Of a stretch of 64,000 nucleotides of DNA, positions 55,020 to 64,000 are shown in pieces. This stretch comes from the human T2T-CHM13v2.0 reference genome, Homo sapiens, in NCBI RefSeq assembly GCF_009914755.1, contig NC_060926.1, one strand, 5' to 3'. A program made the position numbers and the translations under genes. Each line of letters opens with the position of its first letter. Position 1 is the stretch's first letter. The notes beneath the pieces are model-generated. The model was not told where the DNA came from, searched no databases, and was given only the letters and a program-made list of their open reading frames with translations.

Positions 55020-55530
55020 CTGTCAGTGCCCCTCTTAGCACTACCACAGGCTTTGATACCACTGACTCCCTCTCACTAAGTAAAATTCTGACCCCAGGCT
55101 CTGAGGAATCATCTCTTTGTCTCAGCTCTTCTTTGGTCTCCCTCCCTGATTGCTAGCTCCCCAGGTGCCAGTTCCATGGAAGCATTCTCCATGACTATCC
55201 CTCTGTCTTCTCCCTTTCCCTCCACCCTCTCCATGGGTGTCATTCTCTCATGGAGTCAGCTCTCACTTCCCCTCTTATATCCAGCCTTGGCCTCTTGTCT
55301 GAGCAGCAAAGTTAAATTCCCTCTACCTGATGGTTACTTTCCTATTGAGAGCCCATCAGCACCTTAAATCCAAAACTCGAATGCCCTCTTTTTCTTGTTT
55401 CTTACCTCAAGCAGACCTACTCCTGTTCCTGGGTCCCCAGCCCTCATTAAAAACCATAAATCCTCTCATGGTCACAGGCTGGGACTCTCAAAGTCACTGT
55501 CACTTCTCTGCTCTCAGTCTCCTTTTCTAC
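55020..55530 (+). mobile_element. L2 fragment
   Basis: TTTGATACCACTGAC, TATATCCAGCCTTGGCCTCTTGTCTGAGC and AGCACCTTAAATCCAAAAC are typical of L2 3' ORF2. Confidence 0.6.
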
Positions 55531-55722
55531 TCAATCAGGAAATGAGGAGAGCAACTGTTGTGTCTGCACATTCTCCCAGTCTTTATACCTTTGCCTGAGC
55601 TCAAGGCTATCTCTTGATCGATATAATGCACTAGTCACCTGCTACCTCAAGGAAATAGACACTAACAGCCCCAACAAACTGCCAAGTCATAGTAGCCAAG
55701 ATGTCACCAGCTACTCTCTCAC

Positions 55723-56253
55723 TGCATTGGTTGTCTATTGCTATAAGCAAAACATTCTAAGATTTACTGGGACAAAACAACCACCATTCTATTATGTCTC
55801 ATGATTCTGTGGGTTAGGCAGGTTCTGCTCTGTGGTTCTTCTGCTCCACAGGATGTTGGCTGGTAAGGCAGTCCCCTAAGACCTCAGCTGGGCTGGAAAA
55901 TCCAAGATGGTTCACTCACACACTTGGTACCTTGACAGAGATGGCAAGAACACTAAGATAGCTGAGCATCTTCTCTCTTCATGTACTCTCAGGGCTTCTC
56001 CCTTCCAAATTGGTAAGTTCAGCCACACTTCATACGAGGCAGATTAAGGCTCCCAAAAGTGAAAGTTACCAGGTCTTCTTAGGGCTTGGATCCATCTTGG
56101 ATCCATAACTGGCACAGCACCCCTTTTGCCATATTCCATTGCTTCAAGGGAGTCAGAGGACCAGCTCAGATTCAACACAGGAGGGCATGATACAAGGCTG
56201 TGAATATCAAGAGATGTGGTTCATTGAGGCACTCTTTGAAGACCAGCTACCAT
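55723..56253 (-). mobile_element. MLT1G/H-like LTR
   Basis: TCTATTGCT..TCTCATGATTCTGTGGGT..TCCAAGATGGTTCACTCAC..CAGCTCAGATTCAA..GACCAGCTACCATA. Confidence 0.75.
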
Positions 56254-56269
56254 ACTCATTCAAGTTAGT

Positions 56270-56530
56270 TCTGGGCAGGCCAGTGGCCTCCTCCATCTTA
56301 CAGCTAGCATCATTTGGATCCTGTGGTCTCCAAAGGCATCATAGCAGAGGCAAAGAGAGAGAGCTGGAGGAAGTACAATGACTTTCAAATGCCTCTGTCC
56401 AGAAGTGACATATCACTTCCACTCACATTCCATTGACCAGAATGACCATGTGATCCCCACTTGACGACAAGGAAGGCTTGGAAGTTAGAGGAGTGGATGA
56501 CTATTTGGTTGGCCTTAAGTGTCTCTGCTC
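56270..56530 (-). mobile_element. MLT1J-like LTR fragment
   Basis: CCAGAAGTGACATATCACTTCCACTCACATTCCATTGACCAGAA..CATGTG. Confidence 0.7.
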
Positions 56531-57124
56531 CCTCATCTATTTCCTCTGTGGGACGAACGCAGCATATGCAGAGATTCCCATACTCTGTTGGTGGGAGTGT
56601 AAACTGGGACAGCCTCCCGTGGAGGACAGCAGGACCAACCCACCTTCTTGCTTGCTCTAGGATGAGTTTGGAGAATACATCATGTACAGGGCCCTTCCAG
56701 CTCTAAAAGTCAGTGGGCATTACTGAGCCAGAAAACGAGGGCTTAGTAACATCAGAACACCAGCCTCTCATCTTGTTTCCAGAGTATTCTGTGGTGTTGG
56801 CCGGAATGGAGAGGAATTCATTCCTCTGAAGGGTGGAGGCTGCTTGAGTAACTGCTGGTTCCCACCTAGTGAAGAAGGAGAACACACAGCATCTTTGTGG
56901 GAGCCAAAATTGGCCACATTGGTCAAGTCAGTTTGTATGCCCTTTTCACAACACTGTGCCTAATTCAGGATGCTATATTAGAGCAAAGGTGGAGAACCCA
57001 GAGGGAAATCCAAGAATAACAAAGCCACTTGACCTATAAGTGAAGGTGGAAGGGACTGGGATTCACTAACCAAAAGACAGGAAATGACTCAGCATCAAAT
57101 GCCTGCAAACAGCAAGTCATGAAG

Positions 57125-57360
57125 AGTGTGGACATCGGTGTCAAATGGACCTGGGGTTGGGCACTGACTCCATCACTTATAGCTGTGGGGCATTACTCGT
57201 GTAGCTTAACTTCTCTGAATATCATTTTTCTCACCCATGAAACAGCCAGAGTCAGTGTAGCTTCCTCAAGGTGTTCTTATGACCATTAAATGAGATGATG
57301 TGTGTGCCGGACTCATGGTACATGCTTGCTAAATGTGGGTGTTGTTATTGTTGCTGCTGT
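57125..57360 (+). mobile_element. MIR
   Basis: CACTTATAGCTGTG..CTTAACTTCTCTGAA..ATTAAATGAGATGATG. Confidence 0.78.
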
Positions 57361-58262
57361 TGTTCTTATTCCTATTTCCATTGTTGGCATAACACGATGA
57401 TTCCTACAAGTTATTGGTTTCTTGAGAGAGGGAATTATTAATACTCTGTCAATGACACTGACCATCAAATCCTTAAGTGTGACACAGAAGACCCTCTCAT
57501 CCCTAGCCTCTGTCTACCCCTCCAGCCGTGTTCCTACCTCCCACCACACACCCCATCCATGATGAACGACTTATACCTTGAACTTGTTAAAGGTTTCTGT
57601 GTACAAATAACAGAAATGAACTTGAGCAAACTTAAGCAAACTGAGGATGTCCTGAATCCAAGGAAGCGTCGAAGAACCAGGACTCAGGAAGGGCAAGAAC
57701 CAGGCAGCTCTTGGAGTTGTGGGGACTTCAGAGGCCACTCTACATGCTCTGAGGCTCAGAGATTCACAAGAAAGGCAGCCTAGCACAGCAGAAGCATAGA
57801 TGGCCTAGGATCAGTAAAGTGTAACTCAGGCAAGGCCATCTGGGGAGAGGGATGGCCACACTAATAAGACAGGGTCAGTCTTCCTGGGCACACAAATCGT
57901 GTTGCCTGGGAGGAGGTGCATGTGTCACCAGAGTGCAAGAGATGATCTCTGAGGGTTTAGCTGCAAGCAGGTTTTGTTTTGTGTTAGGGAAAAAAACCTA
58001 TTAAGCACACCAAACTCTTGGTCTTATGGGAATTACTACTTAGGAAACAGGAAAAATAGGCCTTGACTCTAAGAGAATCCGTTTTTAAAGTTTTAACTAA
58101 GTAGAGTTAGCACATGGATATGGCAAGTCCCAAAAGAGAGTTCATGGATGAACTCATGAAGCATCGCCTTGAAGGGATAGTTAGGAATGCTAGCATACTT
58201 AGGAAGCATCGACTTGAAGGGATAGTTGTGTGCTCATTATAAATGGAAGTGGTCTCATGGAT

Positions 58263-61216
<2,954 letters not shown>

Positions 61217-61314
61217 GAGAAAGAAAAGGCTGTACAACTGTGCTCCCTCAAGAAGTGCCTATGCCAGAGGCTTGCCTGTCTCTTTCCATTGAAAGATAAA
61301 AATTCTACCTACAT

Positions 61315-61515
61315 TTATTTTAAACAATATTTTATTATGAAAATGCCCAACCATACAGCAAAATTGCAAGAATCTCATCATCAGGATTCTGCCATTAATA
61401 TTTCACTGCACATTTCCTTTATCACGTTTCAATCCATCTCTCCACCTATCCATCCAGCCACCTGGCTGGAATCCTAATGATATTTTTAGTGAATTCACAG
61501 AAATGAAGTTTTGGA
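61315..61515 (-). mobile_element. L1MC-like 3' end fragment
   Basis: TTTTATTATGAAAATGCCCAACCATACAGCAAAATTG..GATTCTGCCATTAATATTT. Confidence 0.55.
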
Positions 61516-61594
61516 AAAAGCACCTGTGTCGTTTCCCTGTTTTCTTTCAGATTCATATCCTGACCTTTCCTTCTTCTGCTCTGCACTGAAGGAA

Positions 61595-62370
61595 AATACG
61601 GTTCCCAGGCCCCACTGTCTCCTAGCTTCTCGGTAAGTTTAGACAGGGCAGGCACTGGTGGAAGACTGGAGGGGGACAGGCAGGGAGAAGGTCGGGGTGT
61701 TTCTCTCTCTGTCTCTCTGTCTGTGTGTGTGGTGTGTGTGTGTGGGGTGTGTGTGTCTGGGGTGTGTGTGTGGTGTGTGTGGTGTGTGTGTGTGGTGTGT
61801 GTGGTGTGTGTGTGGCGTGTGTGTGGCGTGTGTGTGGTGTGTGTGTGGTGTGTGTGTGTGGTGTGTGTGTGGTGTGTGTGTGTGGTGTGTGTGTGGTGTG
61901 TGTGGTGTGTGAGTGGGGTATGTGTGGGGGGTGTGTGAGGTGTGTGTGGTGTGTGTGTGTGGTTGTGTGTGGTGTGTGCGGGGGTGTGGGGGGGTGTGAG
62001 GTGTGTGTGTGGTGTGTGTGTGTGGTGTGTGTGTGTGTGCGTGTGTGTGTGTGCCTCTCTGCTTAGGTAGCACTTGAGGCAGTGGCTGCATCTCCCCCAT
62101 AGCTCCAGCTCCCCTGATGCACCCCTCTGGAGTTCTAGCTGCCCCCAGACATGCCTGCAATGACTCCAACTTCCTCCAGGCAGCCCCAGGTCCTGGATTC
62201 TACTGCATCTTCTACTGCATCTTCTCCTGCTTTATCCCTCCAGGCCTGAGAAGCGAGGAACTTCCTGTTCTTGCTATTGTCTTCATTGCCTGTTCTGTCT
62301 GCATTTAGCTTCTCATCTCTTTCCACCACCTGTGGAAATGCCTCTCTGTATCGCGTCCTCTATTTGAAAT
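61595..62370 (+). mobile_element. LTR33-like (ERVL) LTR split by a GT-rich array
   Basis: GGCACTGGTGGAAGACTGGAGGG..GGAGAAGGTCGGGGTGTTTCTC before the array; GCAGTGGCTGCATCTCC..AGCTCCAGCTCC..CTTCCTGTTCTTGCTA after it. Confidence 0.65.
61722..62052. repeat. GT-rich VNTR, [(GT)n G] units
   Basis: About 330 bp of GTGTGTGTGGTGTGTG.. directly visible. Confidence 0.97.
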
Positions 62371-62371
62371 A

Positions 62372-62799
62372 GAGTAGACCTCTTTATCCAAGGGGGGTAC
62401 ATTCCAAGACGCCAGTGGATGTCTGAAATCGCAGATAGTACCAAACCTTATACATACTATGTTTTTTTCCTATATATACATACCTATGATAAAGTTTAAT
62501 TTATAAATTAGGAACAATATGAGATTAACAGCAATAACTAATAATAAAATAGAACAATTATAAAAACAGGCCGCCATCACTACTCTTGCTTTGGGGCCAT
62601 TATTAAGTAAAATGGGGTTTACAAGCACTGCGACACAGCAATAGTCGATCTGATAACGTAGATGGCTACCAACTGAGTCACGGGTCGGGGGTAGCACACA
62701 CAGGCTGGATGTGCTGGACAAGGAGATGATTCACATCCACAGTGGGGTGGAGCTGTATGGCACAAGATTTCATCATGTTACTCAGAATGGCGAGCAATT
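62372..62799 (+). mobile_element. MER44B (TcMar-Tigger), 3'-truncated
   Basis: TTCCAAGACGCCAGTGGATG..ATACCTATGATAAAGTTTAATTTATAAATTAGG..GATTTCATCATGTTACTCAGAATGGCGAGCAATT. Confidence 0.88.
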
Positions 62800-63233
62800 A
62801 TTCAGGAGGTTATAGGATATGCAACTTCCGCAATTACTCCTGCAGATTGTATTGTAGATTGGCCTTTGGAGATACCTTTTCAGGGTTTGGTGTTTTTTTT
62901 TTCATGTCTGATACCCCTGGCTCCACCTGGACCCCCAAACCCCACTCCCGTGGCCCCACCCGGAAGCAATGCAGCACACAGGAGGGCAGCTTCAACCCCT
63001 CTGATTTCATCGCCACCCCAACCGATCAGCAGCAACCCTGGCCACCTCCGCCCCCTTCCCCCAAACTGCCTTTGAACACCCTTAACCTAGGAGCTTTGGA
63101 GGAGAATGATTTGAGTACTAACTCCGTCTCCCACATAGTGTGGCCGGCCTCGTGTCTATTAAACTCCTTCTTTGCTACGATGCCATCGTCTTTCTTTGTG
63201 CAGGGAACAGGAAGAACCCCTCCGGCAGTTACA
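62800..63233 (+). mobile_element. ERV1 MER4-group LTR (MER50/LTR8-like), 3' portion
   Basis: GATTGGCCTTTGGAGAT..GTGGCCCCACCC..GATTTCATC..GATTTGAGTACTAACTCC..ATTAAACTC..GAAGAACCCCTCCGGCAGTTACA terminus. Confidence 0.8.
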
Positions 63234-63687
63234 CTGGCTAACACACTCCTCCAGCTTTCCAGCAAGTTCTTTCTTGGAGGGAGATCCAAGCGGGGCACGC
63301 CATAGCCGCCACAGCAAGCTACTCTTTAGTAAAACATCATCTAAATTACATCTTGATTTCATCCTAAAGGAACTCCGCTTGAGTTGAGACATAAACAAGA
63401 ATAGGGCCTAACCTCAAAAAACTGATGTATATAATTCCAGTGCCAAAAGTCTCTTCCCCGTGGACACTTTTAAATAGATCATTAACCACATGAGACACAG
63501 TGGATGGGCTTGTTAGGGCCCAGCTGGGATGAGTTAACTTATCTACAAAACACAGAGAAATCTTTGAAGAGATAAATCTCATCCAGTCGTCAATGGAACA
63601 TGGGAAACTATGTTCTAACACTGACATTTGTAACCAGGGCTAGCAACAGGGCCAAAAACCTTCTGCTTGAATTTTGGATAACCTATT

Positions 63688-63820
63688 CTTTTTAATCAGA
63701 TATAATTTGTATCCAAAAACTGCACTCATTTTAAACATACATTTCAATGAATTTTGACAAATATGTACACCTATGTACATGAAGTATACATTTTGATGAG
63801 TTTCAACAAATGCATAAAAA
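63688..63820 (-). mobile_element. L1M 3' end fragment(s)
   Basis: ATATAATTTGTATCCAAAAACTGCACTCATTTTAA..ATGAATTTTGACAAATATGTACACC. Confidence 0.65.
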
Positions 63821-63829
63821 CATGGTCCT

Positions 63830-64000
63830 GGCCAGGTACAGTTGCTCACGCCTGTAATCCCAGTACTTTGGAAGGCCGAGGCGGGCGGATCACGAGGTCA
63901 GGAGTTTGAGACCAGCCTGACCAACATGGTGAAACCCTGTCTCTACTAAAAATACAAAAATTAGCCAGGTGTGGTGGTACGCACCTGTAATCCCAGCTAC
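63830..64000 (+). mobile_element. AluS (Sg-like), cut by the window end
   Basis: GGCCAGGTACAGTTGCTCACGCC..GGATCACGAGGTCAGGAGTTTGAGACC. Confidence 0.96.

Noticed and set aside
54460-55062. 200-aa His/Pro-rich ORF
   Set aside because: It is a translation of the TGGA array.
61639-62169. His/Thr- and Cys/Val-rich ORFs resembling metal-binding proteins
   Set aside because: They are translations of the GT VNTR.

Overview
This is primate (human-like) non-coding genomic DNA, either intergenic or deep intronic. I find no credible intact protein-coding gene, tRNA, rRNA or CRISPR array, and I cannot name the locus. Nearly all ORFs in the track are chance frames or translations of Alu, L1 and simple repeats. 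The only real protein homology is a disrupted L1 ORF2 (58.7-60.9 kb). The window is a layered transposon record: about 16 Alu elements, a 5'-truncated L1PA5-like LINE, older L1M pieces, three long HAL1 relics, many MaLR/ERVL/ERV1 solo LTRs (some nested with intact target-site duplications, TSDs), MER2/MER44B/MER102 DNA elements, MIR and L2 fragments, and several tandem arrays. The most unusual structure is an Alu with an inverted left arm and a sense right arm inside one TSD (20467-20744), matching twin-priming geometry that is typical of L1 and rare for Alu. Other candidates are a CpG-rich L2 relic with a CTCF-like motif, a 3x33-bp repeat that creates STAT-type sites, a 12x17-bp minisatellite and a possible 96-nt minus-strand exon. 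The sequence does not support a new multi-gene biological system. Repeat subfamily names come from visual comparison with remembered consensus sequences and need RepeatMasker/Dfam confirmation. Ends of old elements are approximate.
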